A DNA stretch of 64,000 nt from Octopus sinensis (taxonomy: Eukaryota): the NCBI RefSeq assembly GCF_006345805.1, contig NC_043005.1:62000001-62064000 (forward strand), in the 5' to 3' direction. Below, one piece after another: positions 13,615-26,045 of the stretch (position 1 is the stretch's first letter; each line of letters starts with the position of its first letter). The notes under the pieces are model-generated. The model saw nothing but the letters and a program-made list of their open reading frames with translations. It did not search any database and was not told the DNA's origin. The translations under genes and the position numbers were made by a program.

Positions 13615-13999
13615 CCATATATGCTTGCAAATAGGTCACACATTTTTCACCAAAAGTTTTGATAAAAATCAGGGGTGCGACCTATCCACTCAACATTACA
13701 GGGATCGGAATTAGAAAGCAGCATATCAATAGTCCAGGTGCACACCCTGGACCTGGGCTTTTCAGTTTTTAAGTTGTTATGGGAACATTTCTGTGACATT
13801 TATTTATTAGAGAGCGGAAACCAGAAATTTGCATACTGGTCTTTTTGACAACATCGATTCAAATATTAGTTATATTTATGGTAAAAAAAAGGGCCATGTA
13901 ACTCCCTAGATTATAGAGTGACCTATCTGCAAGTCAACTGCAAATACTTACTTTGACAACCCCTAACTAAGTTTGTGACCAATCTGCAAGTATATATGG
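13615..13999. mobile_element. Tc1/mariner-superfamily (pogo/Tigger-like) MITE
   Basis: TA|CCATATATGCTTGCAAATAGGTCAC versus GTGACCAATCTGCAAGTATATATGG|TA: TIRs match 22/25, TA target duplication. Confidence 0.75.
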
Positions 14000-14653
14000 T
14001 ACTATAAAAGACAAAAGACATTCACCCAAAATAAAATGCTGAGGGATCATGCCTGGTACCTCATGATTGTGAAGCAAACTTCTTAACCATTCAGCTATAC
14101 TATAGCCAATAGTAAACACACACACATACACACACACACAGATTATAATTTTTCTTTCAATTCTTTATTAATTAATTAATTAATTAATTAATTAATTAAT
14201 TAATTAATTGGTTTTATTATATGCATCAAAGTATTTTATCACACCTCTGTGACTTGCTCATAGATAGATACATCAAAGAGAATAAAAGTATGAAAAGCAA
14301 AAACTGAACTTGTTGAAAGACTACATTGGTGTAGAAGAAAAAAATTAAAACATTTACGAGCCAACATGGAGGCCTCTACATGGTCATTTGAGTATCCAGA
14401 AATAGGAGTCAAATCTTCCAATCTCTTTACTGAGTTAAAAAAGAAAAAGACACAAATACCCTAGAAAGATACATATCCACAAAAGATGGTATGGTCACAG
14501 CAGGAATGACTTTGATCACAGATCTACTTCGTCACTGCATACTTGGGTCTAAACAACAACAGTTAAAGACTCTATTCATAGATACTAATAGACAGATTGC
14601 ATTGTGAGATGAAAGATTTTGATATAAATCATCATCATCATTGTTTTAATATC

Positions 14654-14886
14654 TATTTCTTTACCACCCTCAAGGTGCTAAACACAGAGAGGACAAACGA
14701 GGATAGACAAATGGATTAAGTCGATTCTATCGACCCCAGTGCGTAACTGGTACTTATTTAATCGACCCCGAAAGGATGAAAGGCAAAGTCGACCTCGGTG
14801 GAATTTGAACTCAGAACATAGCGGCAGACGAAATACTGCTAAGCATTTTGCCTGGCGTGCTAACGTTTCTGCCAGCTTGCTGCCTT
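14654..14886 (-). mobile_element. SINE family C
   Basis: Reverse complement of the 15552-15772 copy. Confidence 0.85.
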
Positions 14887-15551
14887 CATTGTTTTGATAT
14901 CCTCATTTCCATGCTTGCATGAGTCAGATGGAATTTATTGAGACAAATTTTCTACAGTTGGATGCATTTCCTGTTGCCAACCCTCATTTGTTCTCCAAGC
15001 AAGTGTGCACTGGGTGCTTTTCTTGCCCCACTGGCATTAGCAAGGTTAACATGCAGCTTGCAGGTTTCATGTTAGTAGATGAGGGTTAAGGGATGAAAAA
15101 AGTTGGTGAGTCAGAATAGGTTCTTGTTTTAGGGAAGCTACATGGCTACTCACATATATGAAAGAGTCAGAAATAAATCAGTAGAAACTGCAAAAAGACC
15201 AACAGTGATGAATACAAGTATATATCTCTTTGTGTTATGTTTGGTCCCCCACCACCGTTTGACAACCAGTTTTTGTTTGTTTACATCCCCATAACATAGC
15301 AGTTTGCTAAAAGTAACCAATATAATGTGACAGGCTTAAATTAAATAATAAGTACTGGAGTTGATTTGTTTGACTAAAACCTTTCAGTGTGGTGCCCTAG
15401 CATGGCCACAGTCCAGTGATTGAAGTAAAACTATAAAATGATATGAAACATTCTAAACACAGAATTGAGATGGAAAATTGAAATAGTTAAAATAGCAGAA
15501 ACAAATGATAGTGTCTAACTTGGGAAAATAGAACTGCAAGTACTCTGTAAT

Positions 15552-15772
15552 AAGGTGGTGAGCTGGCAGAAATGTTAGCACTCCGGGCGAAATGCTTAGC
15601 AGTATTTTGTCTGCTGCTATGTTCTGAGTTCAAATTCCGCCGAGGTCGACTTTGCCTTTTGAGGTCGATTAAATAAGTACCAGTTACGCACTGGTGTCAA
15701 TATAATCGACTTAATCCGTTTGTCCTTGTTTGACCCCTCTGTGTGTAGCCTCTTGTGGGCAGTAAAGAAATA
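15552..15772 (+). mobile_element. SINE family C
   Basis: AGCTGGCAGAAATGTTAGC...TTCTGAGTTCAAATTCCGCCGAGGTCGAC...TTGTGGGCAGTAAAGAAATA. Confidence 0.85.
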
Positions 15773-15896
15773 AGTGCTCTAATACAACCAGTTATGAGAC
15801 CACCCACCTATATTCCTTTTCTACCCTTAAATTGTTGTTCCTCTAGTGTTAATGAATAATCATTTGTAGTTTTCTAAATCAACATCAGCCTCCTGC

Positions 15897-16010
15897 TCAT
15901 CATCATCATTGTCATCATTATTATCATCACCACCACCATCGTTATCATCATTATCACAGTTACCACTATCATCATCATCATCACCGCCATCATCATCATC
16001 ATCATTGTCA
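15897..16010. repeat. (CAT/CAC)n degenerate microsatellite
   Basis: Seen directly. Confidence 0.9.
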
Positions 16011-16109
16011 TAATTTTCATGTCCCACTTTTCAATGCTAGCATGAATTTGATGAGATTTGTTGGGGTCGTATTCGATCACAAGATGCTTTTCCTGCAACC
16101 AACACTTAC

Positions 16110-16280
16110 ATGTTTTACTTGTAGGGCATTTTTATTCTGTTGGTCTTCATACACAGAAACTGATAAAACTGCTGAGCGACAGGGTATTCTGTTCACAGGA
16201 TGTATAAATATAACAACTAGTATTGCCAAAATGGCGTCGATGCAAAGACAACACAGAAATAAACGCACTCACGCATGATT
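16110..16280 (-). promoter_or_regulatory. Candidate promoter / first exon (CpG patch, YY1-like motif, strong donor)
   Basis: AAAATGGCG at 16228-16236, several retained CpGs in unique DNA, minus-strand CAT|GTAAGT donor at 16109. Confidence 0.25.
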
Positions 16281-18235
16281 ACATGTGCACATTTACACAA
16301 TAGGCTTCTGTACAGTTTCCTGCCTCCTATTTCATTCACAAGGCACTGGCCAGTGGTCTATCCAAGGCCATAGTATAAAACACTTGCACAAAGTGCCACA
16401 TTGTGAGATTGAACTTGAAACAACTTGATTACAAAGCAAACTTTACAACTTCAGACTTTATATTTAATTTAAAATATATTTATGAGTTCCACAAACTAAA
16501 ATTGAAAAGAATACCACCTGATATTATAAGATTGGACTATTCAGCTTGCTGGCTGGTTTTATATCAGTATTTCATAGTTGATAGGTTAAAAATTAGCTGT
16601 CTCCATAATCCTCTGCTTCCAACTGTAAATTGGTTGGTTATTAGAAGTTAAAATGAAATAAATCTGCAGCTGTCAGTTTAATCTTTCTTCTTTTTTTTCT
16701 TCTTTCCCCTCACTCAGCTTGTAAAGTATGATTTAAAATAAAATATAAAATGATTTGTCCAAAATGGAGATAGAATACTTGATTATTAGGAGGAAAAAGT
16801 AGTTCTGTGTGGTTTCCAGTAAATTTAATTTAAAAACATATTTATGAATTCTACATGTGAAAATTGAAAAATAAAATACTGCCTGCTAGTATGTGATTGT
16901 GCTATTTGGCTTCTAAACCATTTTTATATCAGCACTTCAGAGCTATAGCTGATAGGTTAAAAACTATCTGTTACCATAATCCCTTATTTCCAGCAATAAA
17001 TTGATTGGTTATTCTTGACAGGCACGGATTCCATGCCAGTCAAGGATTAACTATTATTCTTCAGCTTAGCTATTCTTTCTCTGGGAGTAATGAAGATTTT
17101 CTGACAGGACCCAAAATTAAATATGTCTAAAAATCAAAGTCAGATTCATTACCACCCACTGAAGCAAACTCTGTTATCACCCACTAAAGCAAATCCTGTT
17201 TAACAGCAAATTAAAGCTACATTATGCTATCATTAATCTTTATTTTCCTTTTATAATTTATAATTTAGTGTTGCTGGATAGAAAGGGTTCTTTCTGTTTG
17301 CCTGCCTGTCTCACTGTCTGTCGGCAAGTATTGGTTCTTCTAAGAGAAAAAGGGATGACTGTGGTTGTGATGTTCTTATTACTGCTATGCTGCTCATAGT
17401 AATGCATCTGAGATAATTAAATACATGGATAAAAGGAGATAATTAGTACATTTAATCGCCTATTTGAAGTAATGCAATATGTGTGATGTTTAAACAGTCC
17501 ATCAACCATTGATGAATGAATTTCGAATTCATTGCATATTTGTTTTGTTTGTATTTTTACTTGTTAATCTTTTTTCTTTTGTATAAAAGAAAATTTAAAG
17601 CCTAATTTTATATTGAGTTTTATTTTTTTTTTTAATACAAAATTTTACTTCAAAATGTTTTTAGGTCAGTTAGAAATCTTAAGGTGGAATTGTTTTTAGT
17701 GTAGCATTTTAACTCCCCAGTTCAGTCCTGATCAAGCAGGCATACAATCAAAGGCATTCCAGCCATGGCCATTCAGTTTTCTTTCTTTTTTTCTTTGTGT
17801 TTGTGTGACCTACTTGTTCAATATGTACTTTGTTATTTAAGACAGCAGACACTGTTTTGAGGGAGATGTGGCTATTATTCTAACATGTCTAGTGACCATA
17901 CAGACTCCCCCTCATTAGTTTGTTAAAACAGTAGATATTTACATAATTCAGAAAATCAGTTTCCTGTAGTTGGTACTTCAGGCGATATAACATCTTTTCT
18001 GGCCAAACTAGATAAGCAACTGAAATTTGCATAGAAGAGCAAGAGAGAAACAAGATTGCCAAATAGGTTAGAACTGCAATTCTGTTACTTTACAAGATTG
18101 TGTGTTGTCATTTCATTATAACTATCTGAGATGAGTTCTTAGTTTGTGGTTATCTTTTAGACTAATTAAATTTGTATTTTTATCATTTACATGTACATGA
18201 CATTTTGATAGGTTTGATCTCTTATTATTATGCAA

Positions 18236-18552
18236 AGGCGCATGGCTTCGTGGTTTGGGTATTCAGCTCGTGATCATAAGGCCATGAGTTTGATTCCTGG
18301 CAGTACATTGTGTTCTTGAGCAAGACCCTTTATTTCACATTCTTGAGTCCACTCACTTAACAAAAATGAGTTGTACCTGTATTTCAAGGGTCTGCCTTGT
18401 CACAATCTGTGGCATGCTGAATATCCCCAAGAACTACATTAAGGGTACACATGTCTGTAGAATACTCAGCCACCTGAATCTTAGATTCATGAGCAGGCTG
18501 TTCTATTGATTGGATCAACTGAAACTCTCATCCTCATAACTGGAGTGGCATT
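18236..18552 (+). mobile_element. SINE family B, older copy
   Basis: GGCGCATGGCTTCGTGGTT head and body colinear with 39881-40186. Confidence 0.75.
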
Positions 18553-18699
18553 TAAAAAAAAAATTTTTATTACGTATTCTATTCTTCTATAGGCATGGTT
18601 GTATGGTAAGAAGTTAGCTTCCCAGCCACATGGTTCTGGGTGCATGGCACATCGGGCTAGTGGATTTGGTAGATGGAAACTGAAAAAAGCCCACTGCAT

Positions 18700-18766
18700 A
18701 TATGTATGTATGTGTGTGTGTGTGTATGTAAATATATGTATGTGTATATCTACATATGTATGTATG

Positions 18767-18797
<31 letters not shown>

Positions 18798-18803
18798 TAT
18801 GTA

Positions 18804-18837
<34 letters not shown>

Positions 18838-18853
18838 ATGTATGTATTATGTA

Positions 18854-18909
<56 letters not shown>

Positions 18910-18992
18910 GTATGTATTATGATGTGTGTGTGTGTGTGTATGTATGTATATGTAAATATATGTATGTATAACTACATATGTATGTATGTATG

Positions 18993-19045
<53 letters not shown>

Positions 19046-19370
19046 TATGTATGTGTGTGTATGTATATATATATATATCTATGTATGTATTATGTATGTG
19101 TGTATATATATATATATATACATGTATGTATGTATTATGTATGTGTGTATATATATATATATGCATGTATGTATGTATTATGTATGTGTGTATATATATA
19201 TATATACATGTATGTATGTATTATGTATGTGTGTATATATATATATATATATACATGTATGTATGTATTATGTATGTGTGTGTATATATATGTATATAAT
19301 GTATGTATGTGTGTGTATATATTTATATATATGTATTATGTACGTAAGTATATGTGTGTATGTATATATA
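18700..19370. repeat. Long degenerate (TA)/(TG)/(TATG) microsatellite array
   Basis: Seen directly; recurring ATGTATGTATTATGTATGTGTG units. Confidence 0.95.
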
Positions 19371-20597
19371 TCAAATCATCCCATAAGTTCTGTCCGAATT
19401 TTGAATAAACAAAACAAGTGATCAAATGTTATATTTAATTGAAATTTAATCATCAATGTACTTTCCCTGATTATCTATGTTTTCCTTCCATCTATTTACA
19501 AGCTTTTTAATTCCACCAATGTAAAACTCTTTTGGCTTCAAAGCAAAGAACTCTGAAATGTCAGTTTCAACCTCCTCCTGGCTTGCGAAAATTATGTCCA
19601 CCAAATGATTCTGTAAACTATGAAACAAATGGTAGTCTGAAGGAGCAAGGTTGGGAGAATAAGGTGGATGAGAAATTTTTTCCCAACCAAGCTTTTTGAT
19701 CTTCTGTGATGTCATCTTTGCAGTGGGGAGGCCATGCATTGTCCTGATGAAACATCACTCCTTTTCAATTTACTATAGTGGGTCTTTTTTTCTTTAAAGC
19801 TTGGTTCAAACACTTTAATTGCTGACAGTGCAATCCCACCAGATAGAGAGAACCTTTTTCCCAGGGAGTTCCCTTCTGGATTGTGGTTGAGATTTTTCCC
19901 TTTTACTAAGCCACTGTTTATGACATTTAACATTTTGATAGAAGATCCATTTTTCATCATCAGTCACAAGTCTATCCAAAAAGGTGAAATGAGTTTGCAA
20001 GAATGGAGAGAAGGGCAGATGTCAACTCGGGATTTACGGTTGCTTTCAGACAATTCATGAGGCACCCATTTTCTAAGTTTAGGAAACTTTCCAAGTTGTT
20101 GAAGATGATGATGAACAGTTGTATGGTTTGAACTAAGCTTTATTGCCAATTCTTCAACTGATAATGCAGGGTTTTCATCAAATAATGCCTCAAGGAGCTT
20201 ATCATCAAACTCAACTGGACGTCCTGTTTAATCTTCATCTTCAAGGCTGAAATCTCCACTTCTGAATTTTGCAAACCATCTTCTGCAAGTTCTTTCATTC
20301 AAGCATTCTTTCCCATGAGCTGAGTGTATGTTTCGAGTCACTTTGGTTGCAGGGTTTCCTTTTTTGTACTCATAAAGCATTATGAGCCTCAAATGCTCTC
20401 TGGATACTTCCATGTTAGAAAGGGTTTTAATGAAAGAAATTTTAATTCTATTATTCTGTAAAACAATATTTAACTAGTTTAAATGTACACAAATGCATAA
20501 AAATAATCTTAAATTCCATCAGACATTGTAAAATACTACTAAATTTCATTGAATTTTAAAAAAGGTCAAATTGGACAGAACATATGGGATGACCTGA
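19371..20597 (-). mobile_element. Full-length decayed mariner transposon (D,D34D type)
   Basis: TIRs TCAAATCATCCCATAAGTTCTGTCC / reverse complement TCAGGTCATCCCATATGTTCTGTCC; ~1.23 kb. Confidence 0.92.
19446..20413 (-). pseudogene. Mariner transposase pseudogene
   Basis: HTH N-terminus (RRWFAKFRSGDFSLED), WVPHEL, LVTDDEKW, FHQDNA and YSPNLAPSDYHLF, split over frames by stops and frameshifts. Confidence 0.93.
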
Positions 20598-20610
20598 TGT
20601 GTATATATAT

Positions 20611-23003
20611 CATCATCATTTAGCGTCTGCTTTCCATGCTAGCATGGGTTGGACGGTTCAACTGGGGTCTGGGAAGCCAGAAGGCTGCACCAGGCCCAGT
20701 CTTATCTGGCAGTGTTTCTATGGCTGGATGCCCTTCCTAATGCCAACCACTCCGTGAGTGTAGTGGGTGCTTTTTACGTGCCACCTACACAGGTGCCAGA
20801 CGGGGCTGGCAAACGACCACGGACGGATGGTGCTTTTTACGTGCCACCGGCACAGGGGCCAGGTGAGGCTGGCAATGGTCACGATTGGATGGTGCTTTTT
20901 ACGTGCCACCGGCACGGAGGCCAGTCGGGGCGGCGCTGGCAATGGCCACGGTCGGGTGGTGCTTTTTATGTGCCACCAGCACAGAGGCCAGGCGAGGCTG
21001 GCAATGGCCACGATCGGATGGTGCTTTTTACGTGCCACCGGCATGGAGGCCAGTTGGGGCGGTGCTGGCAACGGCCACGATCGGATGGTTTGCTTACGTG
21101 TCGCCGGCACTGGTATCACAGCTGCAATTTCCATTGATGTTGATCGACTTTGATTTTGGTTCTGATTTCTGATATCTGATTTGATTTCCACTTGCCTCAA
21201 CGGGTCTTCACAATTGGAGTTTTGTGTCCCAAGAAGGAAAGGTATGCATAAGTCAACTGGTTACATCCCATGTAGAGGCCACGGGTTATGGTCTCACTAG
21301 TTCTGCCTGGTCTTCTCACGCACAGCATACTTCCATAGGTCTCGGTCTCTAGTCATTTCCTTGGTGAGACCTAAAGTTCGAAGGTTGTGCTTCACCACCT
21401 CGTCCCAGGTTTTCCTGGGTCTACCTTTTCCACAGGTTTCCTCAACCGCTAGGGTGTGGCACTTTTGCAAACTATCTTCAGCCATTCTTGTCACATGACC
21501 ATACCAGCACAAACGTCTCTCTTGCACACCACAACTGATGCTTCTTAGGTCCAACTTTTCTCTCAAGGTACTTACACTCTGTCGAGTATGAACACTGACA
21601 TTACACATCCATCGGAGCATATTGGCTTCATTTCTTGCAAGCTTACGCATATCCTCAGCAGTCACAGCCCATGTTTCACTACCATGTAGCATGGCTGTTC
21701 GTACACATGCATCATACAGTCTGCCTTTTACTCTGAGCAAGAGGCCTTTTGTCACCAGCAGGGGTAGGAGCTCTCTAAACTTTGCCCAGGCTATTCTTAC
21801 TCTAGCAGTTACACTTTCAGCACACCCACCCCCGCTACTGACTTGGTCACCTAGGTAATGGAAGCTATCAACTACTTCTAGTTTTTCTCCCTGGAATGTG
21901 GTAGAAGTTGGTCTCTGCACATTTTCAGTGTTTATTGCTCCTGAGCATCTGCCACAAACAAAAACTATTTTCCTAGTTAGCCTTCCTTTGACATTGCTGC
22001 ACCTCTTATGTGTCTATAGCTTACACTTGGTGCATCTTATAGAGTTTCTACCTACACCTTTTCTACAGATCGAGCAGGGCCAACTACCTGAAGGCGTTTG
22101 TGATTGGTTTACCTTCCTACTTATTAGGACTTTGGTTTTGGCTAGGTTGATTCTAAGGCCCATCGATTCTAATCCTTGCTTCCACACCTGAAACTTCTCC
22201 TCCAGTTCTGATGGTGACTCAGCAATTAGAGCAAGGTCATCAGCATAGAGAAGCTCCCAGGGGCATCCTGTCTTGAATTCCTCTGTTATTGCCTGGAGGA
22301 CTATGATAAATAGGAGGGGACTGAGGACTGAACCTTGGTGGATGCCAACCTCTACCCAGAATTCTTCACTGTACTTGTTGCCAACCCTCACCTTACTAGC
22401 AGCGTCTCTGTACATGGCTCGCACAGCTCTCACTAACCATTCATCTATCCTTAGTTTCCTCATTGACCACCAGATAAGGGATTGGGGGACCCTGTCGAAG
22501 GCTTTCTCCATGTCAACAAAAGCCAGGTACAGGGGCTTATCTTTGGCTAGGTATTTCTCCTGCAGCTGTCTTACCAGGAATATAGCATCAGTAGTACTTT
22601 TCTCTGGCACGAACCCAAACTGCATCTCATCTAAGCTAACTCTCTCTCTAAGTAATTGGGCTATAACCCTCTCCGTAACCTTCATTACCTGATCCAGCAG
22701 CTTGATACCCCTGTAGTTATTTGTATCTAGGGCGTCACCTTTACCTTTGTAGCAGTTGACTATTATGCTGCTACACCAGTCATTGGGAATGACTCCTTCG
22801 TGTATCACCTGGTTAACTATACGGGTGACTAGGCTATAGCCGACACTACCAGATATTTTGAGCATCTCTGCAGTAATTCCTGATGGGCCAGGGGCTTTCC
22901 TTGTCTTCATGCTTGTAATTGCCTTAACTACTAAGGAACTGTCAACTCGGATTGCTGGTCCCTCTGTTGGGTCGACATTTGGCAGACTCTCTTTATACCA
23001 TTC
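20611..23003 (-). mobile_element. 5'-truncated RTE-clade LINE with 3' UTR and (GAT)n tail
   Basis: RT motifs YKGKG, QFGF, AFVDMEKAFDRVP, HQGSVLSPLLF and LLYADD; C-terminal GRPRKTW; tail at 20611. Confidence 0.95.
21297..23003 (-). pseudogene. RTE reverse transcriptase ORF, interrupted by one TAG (22014-22016), containing a PHD-type finger
   Basis: ORFs 22014-23054 and 21297-21920 are in the same frame across CTKCKL*THKRC, where W is expected at the stop. Confidence 0.9.
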
Positions 23004-24843
23004 GGTGAATAAGTTGTCATATAAATTAAGCAAAAATGAAAATAATACTGACATCTCATTTTAACAGATATATTTACCAAAATTACATAAAAATATTTTG
23101 AAATACTAAAGAATAAATTTATTCAATAAAATCGCGACTGGCTTCAACCATGGCATCCATACGACTTTGGAATATCCTGCAACTCTTTGGGACAGCTTCC
23201 TTGTTTAAGTTGGTGAATGCTGCCATAATCCTTGCCTTCAGTTCACCTTTGGTGTTAAGGAATTTTATTGGTCTCTTGCTCAACTGTGCCCCACACATAA
23301 TAATCAATGGGGTTGCAGTCTAGGGAGTAAGGTGGCCAGATGTTAGGGATGATGTGGTCGCAGAAATTGTCTGACAGCCATGACTGAGTTCTGCTTGTGT
23401 GGTATGATGCAGAGTCCTGTTGCCAGTCATAGGGTCTTCAAGTAGCCACCCTCTTGACCCAGGGCAGCATGTGAAATTGTTTTTCCCACAATAGTTCAGA
23501 ACTCCAGTAACAAACTCATTTGCATACAGCTAATCAAAGCTCACCTTAACCTTGTTGTCACATTAACAAACACACTTTACCAAGTAAACTTAAGATGAAG
23601 AACAGTGTTGTGAGTCAACTGATTGCCAAGTTATACCTGATTTTAGGAGAAAAGTAATTAGATAGATTTGCATCTATACCTATTATTGGATTTTGTTAGA
23701 GCCCCAGATGGTAAAGATGTGGATGGGAAAAATGTGGGTAGTGGGTGATGTGCTAGCAACCCTTTTCCCTTACTGTTTTACAAAGTAAACAACAACACAA
23801 ATAACTGAGCAGAGGTAGCCATGGTTGAAACAAGAACAACAAGCATTATTAAAAGAGAAAAGAAGTATAGTCATTCCTTACCCAAGTGACCTTATCTTAT
23901 CCCCCATCACTTGTTATGCACTCATAAATTAGCTTGATAGTTGAGCTCTGATTGGTTGTATGCAAATGAATTCATAATTGGTGTCTGGAACTCTTGTGAG
24001 GAAAACATTTTTGCAGGCAGCACTACCTCCTCCAGGCACTTGATGTAGGTTTGTGTTGAGTGTGAGGCCATGTGGGAAGATGAATGGAGGCATAACATTG
24101 CTATAACTAGTGATCACTCCGAACACCATGATGTGACTGGATGTTTGATTTTTATCACTCAGTACATATTCAGGGGCCATGGCAAACCAACAGTTGTTCT
24201 GTGTGATCACCATCTGATCCTGGTAGAAAGTTTTCTCTTTTGATAAAAACCAAAGCATGTTCAGTTGGAGGGGATGCTTGAGTTTGTTCAAAAGCTTCAT
24301 AGCATGGTCTTTTCCCTTGTCCTTGATGGCTCGGGATTAAAATTGGCCCTTCCTCATCTTGTATGAGGAATACCAAATGTTTTCATGCACTACCTGTCTG
24401 ATAAGAAATTCAGACACTCTCATGACCTTGGCAATGGACCTGATTGACTTGGAGGAATCGTTGTCAATCATAGCCTGGATTTCACTAACAAATTCAGGAG
24501 TTCTTTTCTTATCAGAATGATCAGAGTGAGTTTCCTGAGTTGCCATACCATCGTAATCACCATTAGACTTATCCAACTCTTTCTGAATCCTCTGCACTGT
24601 CCTCAGATTGATACCCAAACACACTGAAACATTCGTAATGGAACTTCTGGCATGAATGGCCAGCAGTACAGCATATCGTTTCCAAATCTCTGGCAGAGTG
24701 AATTGTCCTATGGTGCTGTTTTTTTCACAGATAGTGCCCACCTGATACTACTATATTGTGTAGTCGACAAAATAAAAAAAAACAATATGCATGCACAAAA
24801 TAAAAAATGTAAAATGGTGACAATTTACCCTTTGCACTCTCTA
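23004..24843 (-). mobile_element. maT-like (D,D36/37D) Tc1/mariner element, decayed and interrupted by a MITE
   Basis: ORF pieces 24337-24741 (HTH), VMVFGVITS, WQQDSA and WPPYSLDCNPIDY; 36 residues between the second and third Asp as read; TIR remnant GGTGACAATTTACCCTTTGCACTCT near 24815-24840. Confidence 0.85.
23470..24015. mobile_element. MITE with ~75-bp TIRs, TG...CA ends and 7-bp TSD
   Basis: TSD GGCAGCA at 23463-23469 and 24016-24022; removing the insert restores EEVVLP|WVKRV in the host transposase. Confidence 0.85.
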
Positions 24844-25292
24844 TGTGTGTGTGTGTGTGTGTCTTTGTGTCTGTGTTTGTCTCCCATTATTACTTGACAA
24901 CCTTGTAGGTGTGCTTACATCCCCATAACTTAGTTGTTCAGCAAATGAGACTGATAGAAGTACTATGCTTTAAAAAGAAAAAAGGTACTGGGGTCAATTC
25001 ATTTGGCTAAAATCCTTCAAAGCGGTGCCCCAGCATGGTCGTGGTCTAATGATTGAAGTAAAAGATAAAAGATATGCAAAGTAGTAGACTGGATTTGAAC
25101 TAGAAACCCCTACTTCTAAGCTAAGCTATGTTCTAACAAAACAGTTTAAATGTAAACATAGCCCACTTACAAGGTTTCATACTCTGAAAAGTGGGAGGTC
25201 TGGTTGATTATATTGATACCAGATCTTGAATATTACTTGAATACATTTTATTGGTTCTTGTTAAAAGTTTTAATTGCTGAGGACTAAGTTAA

Positions 25293-25500
25293 ATCATCAT
25301 CATCATCATCATCCTATAATGTCTATTTTCCATGCTGGCATGAGATTGATGATTTCACCAGAGCTGGCAAACCAGAGAGCTGCACCAAATTCCAGTCTGA
25401 TTTAGCTTGGTTTCTATGGCTGGATGCCTTTCCTAATGCCATCCACTTTACAGTGTGTGCTGGGTGCTTTTAATGAGGCACTGGCACAGGGCTTTTGCAG
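25293..25500 (-). mobile_element. RTE 3' end fragment
   Basis: (CAT)n tail and GGCTGGATGCCTTTCCTAATGCC motif. Confidence 0.75.
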
Positions 25501-25648
25501 GCCAATCCTCTTCACCAGGGGATGTAGCCTTAACACTTCTGTTGTGGAGAAAAGGTTTTCTTGAGTATAGCAAGGTGCCAAGTAAATGAAGTACTACAAA
25601 TATTCTATATATGTAGCTTTATTTATGTTACAATATCTCTAATACCCT

Positions 25649-26045
25649 AAGGTGGCAAACTGGCAGAAATGTTAGCACACCAGGCGAAATGCGTAGCCGT
25701 ATTTCGTCTATCATTACGTTCTGAGTTCAAATTCCGCTGGGGTCAACTTTGCCTTTCATCCTTTCGGGGTTGATAAATTAAGTACCAGTTATGCACTGGG
25801 GTTGATGTAATTGACTTAATCCGTTTGTCTGTCCTTGTTTGTCCGCTCTATGTTTAGCCCCTTGTGGGTAATAAAAAACAGGTATTTCATCTGTCTTTAC
25901 ATTCTGAGTTCAAATTCTGCCAAGGTTGACTTTACCTTTCATCCTTTCAAGGTTGATAAATTCAGTACCAGTTGCGTATTTGGGTCGATCTAAGCGACTA
26001 GCCCCCTCCACCAAAATTTTAAGTCATGTGCCTAGAGTAGAAAAG
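25649..26045 (+). mobile_element. Dimeric SINE family C insertion with 17-bp TSD
   Basis: TSD AATATCTCTAATACCCT at 25632-25648 and 26046-26062 encloses one full monomer and one headless monomer with a different tail. Confidence 0.88.

Noticed and set aside
20765-21100. CRISPR-like repeat/spacer appearance
   Set aside because: The apparent spacers are homologous to each other, the array is part of a eukaryotic LINE UTR, and there are no cas genes.
20649-21200. Overlapping ORFs in RTE 3' UTRs (also 38268-38643, 42504-43368, 54580-55052)
   Set aside because: GC-rich tandem UTR units are open on several frames at once; no protein motifs.
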